DNA of 32,056 nucleotides from an uncultured Candidatus Saccharibacteria bacterium (GTDB taxonomy: Bacteria; Patescibacteriota; Saccharimonadia; Saccharimonadales; JAGQNJ01). Position 1 is the stretch's first letter; every line of letters starts with the position of its first letter. The DNA lies in assembly GCA_964603625.1 (NCBI GenBank), contig CAZRVM010000002.1, positions 31,935-63,990 on the forward strand. Reading direction: 5' to 3'. The notes beneath the pieces were generated by a model. That model ran no database searches. It worked only from the letters and a program-made list of their open reading frames with translations, and was not told the DNA's origin. Both the position numbers and the translations under genes were made by a program. Positions 1-9,462 of this stretch are shown one piece after another.

Positions 1-1462
1 GTTTTCTGACACTGCCATTTATCATAATGCTTTGGCAACGCTCTAAAATACTTTCGGGGGCACCTTTTGCAAAAACATGAAGTTCACCTTTTTCGCCCCA
101 TTTTCTTATTGAAGACATTCTTTTTCTGCCAGAATCAAACGAGAATTCTTTAAGTTCAGGAGAATCTTGGTTGAGTTTTGTAGTATCGATTTTAGCTTTG
201 TGAGCTAATGTAATTAATGAAGCTTCGGTGGGGTCGCCAATTGCGTACCAATTAGCATGTTGCTCATCTGGTGCTTCAACTTCTGCATTACTTGCAGAGG
301 CTCCGGCTACTACAAATAACTTAAGTTTTTCAAGCTCTGCATCGTCAATATTTTTGCCGTTTTTCTTAATTGCTCCGTTAGTTTCATAGCCTGTACCACT
401 TACGGTAAAGGTTTCGTTCCCAACAATTATTTGTTCAACGGTCATTTGATTTTTGGTAAGCGTGCCAGTTTTGTCGGTACAAATAATACTAGTTGCGCCT
501 AATGTCTCAACGGCAGATAATTTTTTAACTAACGCTCTAGCTCTAGCTAGTTTATTGGCTGCTTGAGATAATGAGGTGTTAATTTCTGCTGGCAACCCTT
601 GTGGAATTATAGAGCTGGCAATTCCAATTGCGAACAAAAAAGCATCTTTTAAAGATAAATTAGCCTCGATTGCAATTGGTAATAATATTGCGCAAAGAAT
701 AACCGTACCTTGCGTTACGCGCTTAGCAATATTATTAATTTCTTTTTGAAGTGGGCTTAAGTCTGATGAAGTGTCTTGGCTAAGATTGGCTATTCTGCCA
801 AGTTCAGTTTGCATACCAGTTGCTATTACTATGCCATAACCATGACCTGTGGCTATTGTTGTTCCCATAAAACAAATATTATTACGTCTACCCAAAGTAG
901 TATTAACTTTGATAGCGTGAGTAAATTTCCGAGAAGGGTTAGATTCGCCAGTTAATGCAAAATCATTAGATGATAATTCTGATTCTTCAAATATTCTAAT
1001 ATCGGCTGGTACGGAATCGCCCTCTTCAACATAAATAATATCTCCAGGTACAATATTGCTAGATGCAACGAGCTCAAGTTTATTATTTCGTTTAACCTTA
1101 GCTTCTGGGACCACTAAACTGATTAGAGATTCCATAATTTTTTCGGCTTTGAATTCTTGAGTAAAACTAATTATGGTATTGAACGCAATCAGCACCAAAA
1201 GTACGAAAGCAGTTCTTTTATCTCCTAAATAAAAAGAAATTATGCTACTTACAAAAAGCAGAATTATCATAAAATCTTTAAATTGCTTCAAATACCGAAT
1301 AAACATAGGCTCTTTACGGATTTCAGCTAGAGTGTTAAAGCCATAAGTTTTAATTCGCTGAGTTGCAATTACATCATCTAATCCTTCTTTACTTGTTTGG
1401 AATTGCTTAAAAACTTGCTCAGTTTCTTGTTGGTAATAATTGTTATTTTTAGATTGATCCAT
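1..1462 (-). CDS. Cation-transporting P-type ATPase, N-terminal ~487 aa; the 3' end of the gene lies beyond the window start
   Basis: Absent from the ORF track because it runs off the edge. Reverse-strand ATG at 1462..1460 is open to position 2. Hand translation gives MDQSKNNNYYQQETEQVFKQF..., the TGES actuator motif (DFALTGESNP), the phosphorylation motif ICTDKTGTLT (DKTGT codons at 461..475) and KGAPE. Confidence 0.85.
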   Translation of the reverse strand, partial: MDQSKNNNYYQQETEQVFKQFQTSKEGLDDVIATQRIKTYGFNTLAEIRKEPMFIRYLKQFKDFMIILLFVSSIISFYLGDKRTAFVLLVLIAFNTIISFTQEFKAEKIMESLISLVVPEAKVKRNNKLELVASSNIVPGDIIYVEEGDSVPADIRIFEESELSSNDFALTGESNPSRKFTHAIKVNTTLGRRNNICFMGTTIATGHGYGIVIATGMQTELGRIANLSQDTSSDLSPLQKEINNIAKRVTQGTVILCAILLPIAIEANLSLKDAFLFAIGIASSIIPQGLPAEINTSLSQAANKLARARALVKKLSAVETLGATSIICTDKTGTLTKNQMTVEQIIVGNETFTVSGTGYETNGAIKKNGKNIDDAELEKLKLFVVAGASASNAEVEAPDEQHANWYAIGDPTEASLITLAHKAKIDTTKLNQDSPELKEFSFDSGRKRMSSIRKWGEKGELHVFAKGAPESILERCQSIMINGSVRK

Positions 1463-1495
1463 AATGCTTAATCTTAGTATAAAACAGATTTAGCG

Positions 1496-1501
1496 TATAC
1501 T
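1496..1501 (+). promoter_or_regulatory. Candidate -10 (TATACT) 7 nt upstream of the polA ATG
   Basis: TATACT, then gtaaaat, then ATG at 1509. No purine-rich SD in between. Confidence 0.35.
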
Positions 1502-1508
1502 GTAAAAT

Positions 1509-4136
1509 ATGGTATCAAAAAATAGTCCTAAGAAGTTAGCCATAATTGATGGAAAAAGTATATTTTACAGGGGTTACTACGCTATGCCAAACCTTAGCAC
1601 TAAAGACGGTATTCCAACCGGTGGGGTGTTTGGCTTTGCTTCTATGGCTTTGGAGGTAATTAAAAAACTACAACCAGATTATGTGTGTGTAGCTTGGGAT
1701 AAGCCTAAAACTAATATCAGAAAAAGGCTTGAAATTTATCCTGAATATAAAGCGGGGCGCAAGCCAGCCCCAGCCGATTTTTATGAGCAAGTACCGATTT
1801 TGCACGAACTTTTAGAAGCGTTTGGTTGGCCACTTTATGAGCTTGATGATTATGAGGCAGATGATATTATGGGAGCTTTGGCAGTTCAGGCATCTGCCAA
1901 AGATATTGAGACAATGCTTATAACTAGCGATCTTGATATGCTCCAGCTTATTAATGAGAAGGTAAAAGTTTATGCGTTAAAAAAAGGTCTAAGCCATATT
2001 GAGCTTTTTGATCCTGCAAGTTTTGTAGAAAAGTATAATATTGAGCCAAACCAGTTTTTAGATTTAAAAGCATTAAAAGGGGATAGTTCCGATAATATTC
2101 CGGGCGTGCCAGGAATTGGTGAAAAAAGTGCTATTAATTTGCTCAAAGAATATAAAACTTTAGACGGAATTTATGATAATATTGACCTTCAAAGAGAAGT
2201 TGTGCGTAAAAAATTAATAGCCGGCAAAGATTTAGCTTATATGAGTAAAGAGCTTGCTAAAATTTGGGTAGATGCACCAATTAAACTAAATTTGAGCGAA
2301 GTAGATGGCAGTAAATGCAACCCAAAACGAGTTAGAGATGTACTTCAAAAACTAGAATTTAAATCTTTGCTCAGAGTAAGTACTACCATTTGGAATAGCG
2401 AAATTGCTCCAGAAGAAACACATGCTTTAACTGGTGTTACTAACCACATAATAAATAGTGACGAAAAATTAAATAAACTAGATTTAAGTGGTCTTAAACG
2501 AGTTGTTATAAAGATTCGTGTTTTAGGCAAGAATGGGCAAAAGCCATCAATAATTTTAATAAGCCCAAACAAAAATACTGTATACACCCTAGAGCTTAAT
2601 AAAATAACTAATAGTAAAGTTGTTCATTTACTTAAAAATTTACCGTCTTTAGTTGGATACGATGTTAAGACAGCCTTAAAAGCATTACTTGGGCTAGGTA
2701 TAAATTTGAATAAGATAGAGCACGATGTAGAAGTTGGTACTTTTTTGATTAATAGCTTACGCCGAGAACATAGCTTGAGTGAGTTGATTGAGGCAGATTT
2801 AGGATTTAACACAAGGTTAGACAACCTTTCTAATGATGAATTTGTTGAGCGAGCCGGAGAAATTACGAAGAGTATTTGGCTCCTTTATGATTTTCAGCTT
2901 AAACAACTGAAAGGGCTACCTAAAACTTTTCAATTAGCAAAATCAATTGAATGGCCTGTTATTCCTGTGCTAGCCCGAATGGAATATGAAGGAATTGAAC
3001 TTGATATTAAGTATTTAGAGACTTTTGCGGTAGAACTTGAAGACCAAATTTCTGATATTGTACAAACTATTTATGGTATGGCTAACAAAGAGTTTAATAT
3101 TAGTAGCCCTAACCAACTGGCCGATGTGCTATTTAAAGATTTGGGTTTGCCAACAATAGGCATTAAAAAAGGTAAAACAGGGTTTTCAACAGCTGCAAGT
3201 GAGCTTACAAAATTACGAGATAAGCACAAAATAATTGATTTAATTTCAAAATATCGTGAATACACCAAACTTAAGAATACTTATGTTGATACATTGCCAA
3301 CAATGGTAGATGAGAATAATAGACTTCACACAACCTTTAGTTTAACAGTGGCTCAAACTGGTCGTTTGAGTTCTAGTGATCCAAATTTACAAAATATTCC
3401 AGTTAGAACAGAACTTGGAAGGCGAATTCGGGAAGCATTTGTAGCGGGCGAGGGTAAAGTTTTTGTTAGTGCAGATTATTCTCAGTTTGAATTACGGTTA
3501 GCAGCCGTTTTAGCGAAAGACAAAGCGATGATAGATATGTTCAATGAGGGTGCTGATATTCATACAATTACCGCTTCACAAATCAGCGGGCGTTTACCAG
3601 AGGATGTAACTAAAAATATGCGAAGAGATGCAAAAGTAATTAATTTTGGAATTTTGTATGGCATGAGTCCGCATGGTTTAAGTGAGGCAACAAGTATGAC
3701 ACGAGAACAAGCAATAACATTTATAAATAAATACTTTGAATTAAGGCAACCTCTTTTAAAGTATTTAGAAGGCCTTAAAGTTAAGGCAAGAGAAGATGGT
3801 TATGTTGAGACTTTATTTGGGCGTCGTCGTTTAATGCCTGATGTTAGATCTAGTAATTTTATGATTAGGTCATCGGCAGAACGAGCAGCTATGAATATGC
3901 CAATTCAGGGAACGGAAGCAGATTTAATGAAAATGGCTATGATTGAGGTGGATAAAAAACTTGATGATGACTGTAAGCAGTTATTGCAAATTCACGACTC
4001 AATTTTAGTTGAATGCCCCGAAAAGAAAGCAAAAAAAGTAGCGAAAACTTTAACATTGATTATGGAGAATATTTACAAATTACCAGTCAAGTTAACCGTA
4101 GATACTACAATAGGTAAAACTTGGGGTGAACTTTAA
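1509..4136 (+). CDS. polA: DNA polymerase I
   Basis: 875 aa. It has an N-terminal 5' nuclease domain (GGVFGF, ADDIMG, GDSSDNIPGVPGIGEK) and C-terminal family A polymerase motifs (DYSQFELR, RRDAKVINFGILYG, QIHDSILVE). The central 3'-5' exonuclease-like region lacks the DxE ExoI acidic motif (VVIKIRVLG instead), so it is probably a Bst/Taq-like vestigial proofreading domain. Confidence 0.95.
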   Translation: MVSKNSPKKLAIIDGKSIFYRGYYAMPNLSTKDGIPTGGVFGFASMALEVIKKLQPDYVCVAWDKPKTNIRKRLEIYPEYKAGRKPAPADFYEQVPILHELLEAFGWPLYELDDYEADDIMGALAVQASAKDIETMLITSDLDMLQLINEKVKVYALKKGLSHIELFDPASFVEKYNIEPNQFLDLKALKGDSSDNIPGVPGIGEKSAINLLKEYKTLDGIYDNIDLQREVVRKKLIAGKDLAYMSKELAKIWVDAPIKLNLSEVDGSKCNPKRVRDVLQKLEFKSLLRVSTTIWNSEIAPEETHALTGVTNHIINSDEKLNKLDLSGLKRVVIKIRVLGKNGQKPSIILISPNKNTVYTLELNKITNSKVVHLLKNLPSLVGYDVKTALKALLGLGINLNKIEHDVEVGTFLINSLRREHSLSELIEADLGFNTRLDNLSNDEFVERAGEITKSIWLLYDFQLKQLKGLPKTFQLAKSIEWPVIPVLARMEYEGIELDIKYLETFAVELEDQISDIVQTIYGMANKEFNISSPNQLADVLFKDLGLPTIGIKKGKTGFSTAASELTKLRDKHKIIDLISKYREYTKLKNTYVDTLPTMVDENNRLHTTFSLTVAQTGRLSSSDPNLQNIPVRTELGRRIREAFVAGEGKVFVSADYSQFELRLAAVLAKDKAMIDMFNEGADIHTITASQISGRLPEDVTKNMRRDAKVINFGILYGMSPHGLSEATSMTREQAITFINKYFELRQPLLKYLEGLKVKAREDGYVETLFGRRRLMPDVRSSNFMIRSSAERAAMNMPIQGTEADLMKMAMIEVDKKLDDDCKQLLQIHDSILVECPEKKAKKVAKTLTLIMENIYKLPVKLTVDTTIGKTWGEL

Positions 4137-4153
4137 AATATATTGTTAGCTAG

Positions 4154-4198
4154 TTTTACTTCAAATATTTTTAATAGATAAACTGTTTAAAAGTAAAA
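4154..4198. terminator. Possible AT-rich hairpin between convergent polA and the 81-aa ORF
   Basis: TTTTACTT (4154..4161) is the exact reverse complement of AAGTAAAA (4191..4198). Extra A-T pairs occur inside. The loop is large and there is no clear T-run. Confidence 0.25.
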
Positions 4199-4211
4199 AT
4201 ATTACAAAATT

Positions 4212-4457
4212 TTACTTAATGATAACAATAGTTAGGCGGAGTTTAGATTTTAACTTATGGCTTAAATCATAAAGCTCGAATCGCAAATTAGTTGCTATTG
4301 AAGCATTTGGGACTCCAATTTTAATACCATTTTTTGCAATACTGAGCTTGGGAGTTATATCAAATCTATCTTGAATATATTTTCGAATAATTAAAAAATC
4401 TTCTGGCTCACTACTAGAGCCTCGTTTTTTCAATAAATCGCCAATTGTGTCTGCCAT
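4212..4457 (-). CDS. Small hypothetical protein, tentatively DUF721/DciA-like
   Basis: 81 aa. The pattern IGDLLKK...NGIKIGVPNASIATNLRFELYDLSHKL resembles, from memory, the DUF721 core (L.V.V.s.a.a.eL). Not verified by any search. Confidence 0.45.
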   Translation of the reverse strand: MADTIGDLLKKRGSSSEPEDFLIIRKYIQDRFDITPKLSIAKNGIKIGVPNASIATNLRFELYDLSHKLKSKLRLTIVIIK

Positions 4458-4464
4458 TTACTTT

Positions 4465-4472
4465 AGTATATA
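4465..4472 (-). promoter_or_regulatory. Candidate -10 (TATACT/TATATA, reverse strand) 7 nt upstream of the 81-aa ORF ATG
   Basis: The reverse complement reads TGCTATATACTaaagtaaATG. Confidence 0.3.
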
Positions 4473-4612
4473 GCAATTTTAGCTTTTTTCTTCATCTATT
4501 ATAAGGTATTTCAACAAGATGAAACCATAGTTTCTTAGTAAAATGCTTATTTGGTACTTTAAGGCAGTGTAGTAATAATTATTTGTAAACTGAATTTGTT
4601 AAGTATACGCTG

Positions 4613-4618
4613 TACAAT
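4613..4618 (+). promoter_or_regulatory. Candidate -10 (TACAAT) 6 nt upstream of the fpg ATG
   Basis: tgTACAATaatagtATG, with no SD. Confidence 0.35.
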
Positions 4619-4624
4619 AATAGT

Positions 4625-5506
4625 ATGCCAGAATTACCAGAGGTTGAAACAGTAAAGCGTGGTTTGCAGAAATTTTTGACCGGACGAGTTGTATCATCAA
4701 TAAAGTTTGATTGGCCAAAAGGTTTTCCAAACACTAAAGCTGATGTTGATAAATTTTTAATTGGTGCAACAGTTACGGAGGTGAAGCGGCGAGCCAAAGT
4801 GTTAATGATTGAGCTGAGTACAAATTACACTTTAGTTATTCATCTTAAAATGACTGGCCAACTTGTTTTTGTTGGGAATGAAAGTCAGTGGGGTGGCGGG
4901 CACCCAAATGATAGTTTAATTAATCAACTGCCAGATAAATCTACTAGAGTAATTTTTGATTTTGCAGACGGCTCAAAATTGTTCTTTAATGATCAGAGAA
5001 AGTTTGGCTGGATAAGGTTATTGCCAACAGCAGAAGTACCAAATATAGAATTTATGAAAAAAGTTGGCCCCGAACCATTAAGTAAAGATTTTAATGCCAG
5101 AAAATTCATAAAGCGTATTAAACGAAGAGCTAACTCTAAAATTAAGGCAACATTGCTTGACCAAACTGTAGTTGCTGGTATTGGCAATATTTATGCCGAT
5201 GAAGCATTATTTTTAGCTAAAATACATCCAGCTCAGGTTGTTAACTCTATTTCAGATTATAAATCAACTGTATTATTCAATTCTATAAAAGAAATACTTA
5301 ATCAAAGTATTTCTCAAGGAGGGTCTAGTAGCCGAAATTATGTTAATGCCGAAGGAAAAAGAGGCGAATATTTAAATTTTGCTAATGTATTTAAGAGGGA
5401 AGGCAAGCCTTGTTTACGATGTGGAGAACAAATAATTAAAATTAGAGTTGCTAATAGAGGAACACATATTTGCCCTCGCGAACAAAGGCTAGTTACTAAA
5501 AAATGA
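4625..5506 (+). CDS. mutM: Formamidopyrimidine-DNA glycosylase (Fpg/MutM)
   Basis: Canonical N-terminus MPELPEVETV (catalytic Pro2, Glu3), H2TH region (LLDQTVVAGIGNIYADEALF) and a C-terminal finger, CLRCG...THICPREQ. Confidence 0.9.
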   Translation: MPELPEVETVKRGLQKFLTGRVVSSIKFDWPKGFPNTKADVDKFLIGATVTEVKRRAKVLMIELSTNYTLVIHLKMTGQLVFVGNESQWGGGHPNDSLINQLPDKSTRVIFDFADGSKLFFNDQRKFGWIRLLPTAEVPNIEFMKKVGPEPLSKDFNARKFIKRIKRRANSKIKATLLDQTVVAGIGNIYADEALFLAKIHPAQVVNSISDYKSTVLFNSIKEILNQSISQGGSSSRNYVNAEGKRGEYLNFANVFKREGKPCLRCGEQIIKIRVANRGTHICPREQRLVTKK

Positions 5507-6411
5507 TCTACTTTTTTGCTGGCGATAATAAATATTTAATTAAAGCAAGTGTTGATAAGCTAACTTTACCTATAATTAAAGAAGCTGGAGACTTAGCTGT
5601 TGAGAAATTAGATGCTGAAGAAACTTCTATTTCGGCAGTAATAGACTCTATTAAAAGTCCACCATTTCTTGTTTCGCAAAAGTGTGTTGTTGTTCAAAAT
5701 GCTAATGATAAAGATTTACTTGAAAAGATTTTAAATACAGACCCAATAGATTCTATAACAGCGGTAGTTATAATTAGTAAATTAGATAAAAGAGCAAATT
5801 ATTATAAGTTGTTGCAAAAAAATAAAAATTTTAGTTTGTTTGAGCAGGCTAAAGTAAATAATATATCAAACTGGGTAGTTAACTATGTTAAAGATTTGGG
5901 TGGCAATATAAATAGGATTGACGCAAATTATTTGATTGATAGAGTTGGTTCGAATCAGATTTTATTAACTAATGAGTTAAATAAATTGTATTTGTACCAA
6001 ACCAACATAACTAAGGAGACGATAAACTTACTTACATTTCAAAGATTACAGGCAACAACTTTTCAGTTATTAGAAACAGCATTTAATGGGCAGTTAAGCA
6101 AGACTCAACAACTCTTCATTGATCTAAAAATGCAAAAAATAGAACCAACATTAATAATTGGTGCAATAGCTTGGCAATTACATTTATTAGTTTTAGTTAA
6201 ACTTTCGGGAAATAAAAGCCCAGAAACAATCGCAAAAGAGTTAAAAATAAGTCAATTTTCAGTAGCAAAAACAAAATCTTTAGCTAGTAGAATAATTTTT
6301 ACTAAACTAAAAAAGTTAGTTATGCGTGCCAGTGAGCTAGATTTGTCAATTAAAACTCAGTACACAGATTCTGAGCAGGCAATTTTGCTATTTTTAGCTC
6401 AACTTTCATAA
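5503..6411 (+). CDS. holA: DNA polymerase III delta subunit
   Basis: 302 aa. The start overlaps the fpg stop (ATGA). The N-terminus YFFAGDNKYLI is typical of HolA. holA followed by a reverse-strand rpsT is the arrangement seen in Firmicutes. Confidence 0.65.
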   Translation: MIYFFAGDNKYLIKASVDKLTLPIIKEAGDLAVEKLDAEETSISAVIDSIKSPPFLVSQKCVVVQNANDKDLLEKILNTDPIDSITAVVIISKLDKRANYYKLLQKNKNFSLFEQAKVNNISNWVVNYVKDLGGNINRIDANYLIDRVGSNQILLTNELNKLYLYQTNITKETINLLTFQRLQATTFQLLETAFNGQLSKTQQLFIDLKMQKIEPTLIIGAIAWQLHLLVLVKLSGNKSPETIAKELKISQFSVAKTKSLASRIIFTKLKKLVMRASELDLSIKTQYTDSEQAILLFLAQLS

Positions 6412-6487
6412 AAAATTTAAGCTATTTATTTAGCTGAAAGTGGATTTATATAAAAAGCAAAATAATAAAAATTTGCAAAACTAATAA

Positions 6488-6874
6488 TTATTTTTTGTCT
6501 GAAAGCTTTTTGGTGGCCGATTTTTTGCTAGTTGGTTTAGGTGTTGCTTTTTTAGTAGCTGGCTTCTTATCTGTTTTAGCGGGGGATTTCTTAGCAGAAG
6601 TTTTAGATGATTTAACTCCAGCCTCTTTTGTTAAAGAAGCTAAACGAGCTTTTTTGCGAGCACCTTTGTTCTTATGTAAAACACCTTTTTTGACAGCTTT
6701 ATCTATTTCGCGGTGAGCATCTGCTAAAAGTTTATCAGCACCTTTTTTATCGCTAGCTAAGCTATTTTGTAGTGCCTTAATAGCACTCTTTAAAGATCTT
6801 TTAGTTTTGCGATTTCTAATTGTAGCTTTGTTAGCAACTTTAACGCGCTTTTTTGCTGATTTGATGATTGGCAT
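6488..6874 (-). CDS. rpsT: 30S ribosomal protein S20 with a Lys/Ala/Pro/Thr-rich C-terminal extension
   Basis: MPIIKSAKKRVKVANKATIRNRKTKRSLKSAIK is a canonical S20 N-terminus. The protein is 128 aa, against roughly 85-90 aa for typical S20. Confidence 0.9.
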   Translation of the reverse strand: MPIIKSAKKRVKVANKATIRNRKTKRSLKSAIKALQNSLASDKKGADKLLADAHREIDKAVKKGVLHKNKGARKKARLASLTKEAGVKSSKTSAKKSPAKTDKKPATKKATPKPTSKKSATKKLSDKK

Positions 6875-7083
6875 TTTGCTAAATATTTCCTTTATATACT
6901 AATATTTTTAACTGTTGTTAAACTATAGACTATAACCTCTGTTTTGTAAAGAAGAAAGTTAGATTTGGTTTTTAGATTAGTATTAACTATTAGTTTTAGA
7001 GTATTTAAAATAAAAATAAAGTTGTGGACTAGCCAAACTTCTTGTGTTAATCTAAAAATGTATATAAGTAATAATAAATAATT

Positions 7084-8769
7084 ATGGAACCAAATATAAA
7101 ACAAAGCATAGTAGACAGATTAAAACAAACTAATAATGTTTTAATAACAGTAAAGAATAACCCTTCGGTTGATCAATTAGCGTCATGTATTGGGTTAACA
7201 CTCTTTTTAAATAAACAAGGCAAACATGCTACTGCAGTATTTAGTGGTGAAGTGCCATCTACAATTGAGTTTTTGAAGCCAGATGAAACATTAGAGAAAG
7301 ACACAAATTCATTACGGGATTTTATTATTGCGCTAGATAAAAGCAAGGCAGACAAATTACGGTATAAAGTTGAAGATAAAGTTGTTAAAATCTTCATTAC
7401 TCCTTACAAAACTAGTATTAATCAAGATGATTTAAATTTTAGTTTGGGCGATTTTAATGTAGATGTTGTTGTAGCTATTGGAGTTCATGGCCGAGAAGAA
7501 TTAGACCAAGCGATTATGGCGCATGGCAGAATCTTACATGATGCCACAATAATTTCAGTAAATAATAACAAGCCGGCAGATTTAGGGGCGCTTAATTGGA
7601 ATGATGCAAAAGCGAGTAGTTTATCTGAGATGATAAGTGGTTTAGTGGAGTCATTACAGCCAAATTTACTAGACGCCCAAATAGCCACGGCCTTACTCAC
7701 AGGTATAGTGGCTGAAACGGATCGTTTTAGTAACACAAAAACAACCTCAAATACGATGAATGTGAGTGCTAAATTAATGTCTGCTGGAGCTAATCAACAA
7801 CTTGTAGCCACAAAACTGGAAGAATCTGTAGTATTAGCACCACCACCCAAAACGCAACATGATGGCAATGGTACGCTAGAGATTAATCATCCAGAGCCAG
7901 AACCGTTGCCTAGTCCATCAAAGCTTAAGCCTGTAGAGGATAATCTCAATGAATTTAAGACAGGAAATATTAAGGGTAAATATATACAACCACCAACAAA
8001 TGCGGAAGTGGATGAAGATTTTAACGATAGTTTAGTTAAGCAAGAGTCAATTGAGCTTCCACCGCCAGCTGCAACAGAAGATTATAACGAAGATGGAGAA
8101 ATTTTTATTGATGATAATGGCGAATTTAAAACAGGGCTACAAGACAAACAATCAGAAAAGATTTCGAGCTCAGCTTCGCCTGGCAGGATGACACTTGAGC
8201 CTCCAACACTTGGAGGCGACCTAACTGCTAATACTCAAGTTAATAAGTTAGACCCTAGTATCGATCCATTAAGTAAAAGCCCAGATAGTAATCCATCAAT
8301 CTTGACGCATGGCACTCCTTCAGCTAATACTCAACTGCCAACACATGTAACAGGCAAGGGTATTGATATTAAACCAACTCAAACTCTTTCTTCAATTGAA
8401 GAACAGGTAGACAGCCCACATTTAGATGAGCCAACTTATAACAAACCAAATTTTGAAGCAAATCATAAAGAAAATAATCAGACAATATCTGAACTTGAAG
8501 CTAGAACTGAAAGTTATGGGCCTAGTGGTAGTCAAACAAACTCATCTGCTCAAGATGATGTGCCTGGATTAGATAGTCTTAACGAAGCCAGACAAGCGGT
8601 TGAATCGGCTGCACAAAACTTGAAAGGACAACCTCTCGAACCTTTACAAAGCCTTAATTCGCAACCTTTAGGCGAAGAATTACACCCTACTGAGTCTGCT
8701 GTAAATGATTCTTCCCAGACTGCTTCACCGCCCTCAGTTCCACCACCAATGATGCCACCTCATTTCTAA
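7084..8769 (+). CDS. Degenerate DHH-family (NrnA-like) N-terminal domain fused to a ~320-aa P/S/Q/E/N-rich low-complexity tail
   Basis: The first ~245 aa align by eye to the DHH domain (NNPSVDQLAS, VVAIGVHG, GIVAETDRFSN), but acidic and His motif residues are substituted. No DHHA1 domain follows. The position upstream of truB matches nrnA-truB synteny in Actinobacteria. Confidence 0.6.
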   Translation: MEPNIKQSIVDRLKQTNNVLITVKNNPSVDQLASCIGLTLFLNKQGKHATAVFSGEVPSTIEFLKPDETLEKDTNSLRDFIIALDKSKADKLRYKVEDKVVKIFITPYKTSINQDDLNFSLGDFNVDVVVAIGVHGREELDQAIMAHGRILHDATIISVNNNKPADLGALNWNDAKASSLSEMISGLVESLQPNLLDAQIATALLTGIVAETDRFSNTKTTSNTMNVSAKLMSAGANQQLVATKLEESVVLAPPPKTQHDGNGTLEINHPEPEPLPSPSKLKPVEDNLNEFKTGNIKGKYIQPPTNAEVDEDFNDSLVKQESIELPPPAATEDYNEDGEIFIDDNGEFKTGLQDKQSEKISSSASPGRMTLEPPTLGGDLTANTQVNKLDPSIDPLSKSPDSNPSILTHGTPSANTQLPTHVTGKGIDIKPTQTLSSIEEQVDSPHLDEPTYNKPNFEANHKENNQTISELEARTESYGPSGSQTNSSAQDDVPGLDSLNEARQAVESAAQNLKGQPLEPLQSLNSQPLGEELHPTESAVNDSSQTASPPSVPPPMMPPHF

Positions 8770-8790
8770 ATTTGTAGTAAATTTATTCTT

Positions 8791-9462
8791 ATGGACGGAT
8801 ATTTATTAATTGATAAACCTGTGGGTTGGACAAGTCACGATGTGGTGGCTAAGATTCGCGGATTAATAAAGCAACAACTGGGCATAAAGAAACCTAAAGT
8901 TGGCCATGCTGGCACTTTGGATCCTTTTGCAACAGGATTATTAATTATTTTAGTGGGAAAATATACCAAAAGAGCTAACGAATTCTTAAAATTAAACAAG
9001 TCTTATGAATTTAGGGCAAAACTTGGTGAAATTAGCACTACCGGAGACCTTGAAGGCGAGATTAAAACTTTTTCAAATAATACCCCCACACTAACAGAGA
9101 TGCGAGATGTGCTTAGTAGCTTTTTAGGTGAAGTTGAACAAATTCCTCCTACGTTTTCGGCAATTAAAGTGAACGGTCAAAGAGCTTATAAATTAGCTCG
9201 TAAGGGCAATAAAGTAGAAATGCCAAAAAGGTTGATAAATATTTACGAGTTAAAGCTTATAAAATATGAGTATCCTTATTTAAGTTGTATATGTAGCGTT
9301 TCTAGTGGTACATATATTAGAACTTTAGCAGAAGATATTGGTAAATCTCTTAAAACAGGGGCTTACTTAACTAATTTAAAGCGGATTTCAATTGGTGAGT
9401 TTAGCTTAAAAATGGCTCATAAAATTGAAGAAAATAATTTACTAGATAATTTACTAGTTTAA
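8791..9462 (+). CDS. truB: tRNA pseudouridine(55) synthase
   Basis: GYLLIDKPVGWTSHDVV and the catalytic-Asp motif GHAGTLDPFATGLL. Confidence 0.9.
   Translation: MDGYLLIDKPVGWTSHDVVAKIRGLIKQQLGIKKPKVGHAGTLDPFATGLLIILVGKYTKRANEFLKLNKSYEFRAKLGEISTTGDLEGEIKTFSNNTPTLTEMRDVLSSFLGEVEQIPPTFSAIKVNGQRAYKLARKGNKVEMPKRLINIYELKLIKYEYPYLSCICSVSSGTYIRTLAEDIGKSLKTGAYLTNLKRISIGEFSLKMAHKIEENNLLDNLLV

Noticed and set aside
2345-3268. Short reverse-strand ORFs inside polA. The same class occurs inside fpg, the DHH gene, pnp, rnj, ftsK, ssb, efp, tlyA, crp, the PH-domain gene, ychF and B1 (for example 12208..12546 and 28557..28917).
   Set aside because: They are shadow ORFs fully embedded in well-supported genes on the other strand or frame. 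Their composition is low-complexity or hydrophobic, which is typical of antisense frames in AT-rich DNA.
6412-6487. Terminator hairpins between convergent holA and rpsT (AGCTA/TAGCT at 6420..6435, and GCAAA/TTTGC further on).
   Set aside because: The stems are only 5 bp and AT-rich with no clear U-tract, so they are indistinguishable from chance in this composition.
6892-7104. 70-aa reverse-strand ORF in the rpsT / DHH-gene divergent intergenic region.
   Set aside because: The region is extremely AT-rich promoter DNA, and the product is I/L/F/N/Y-rich with no start context. It overlaps the start of the DHH-like gene. It is most likely non-coding.
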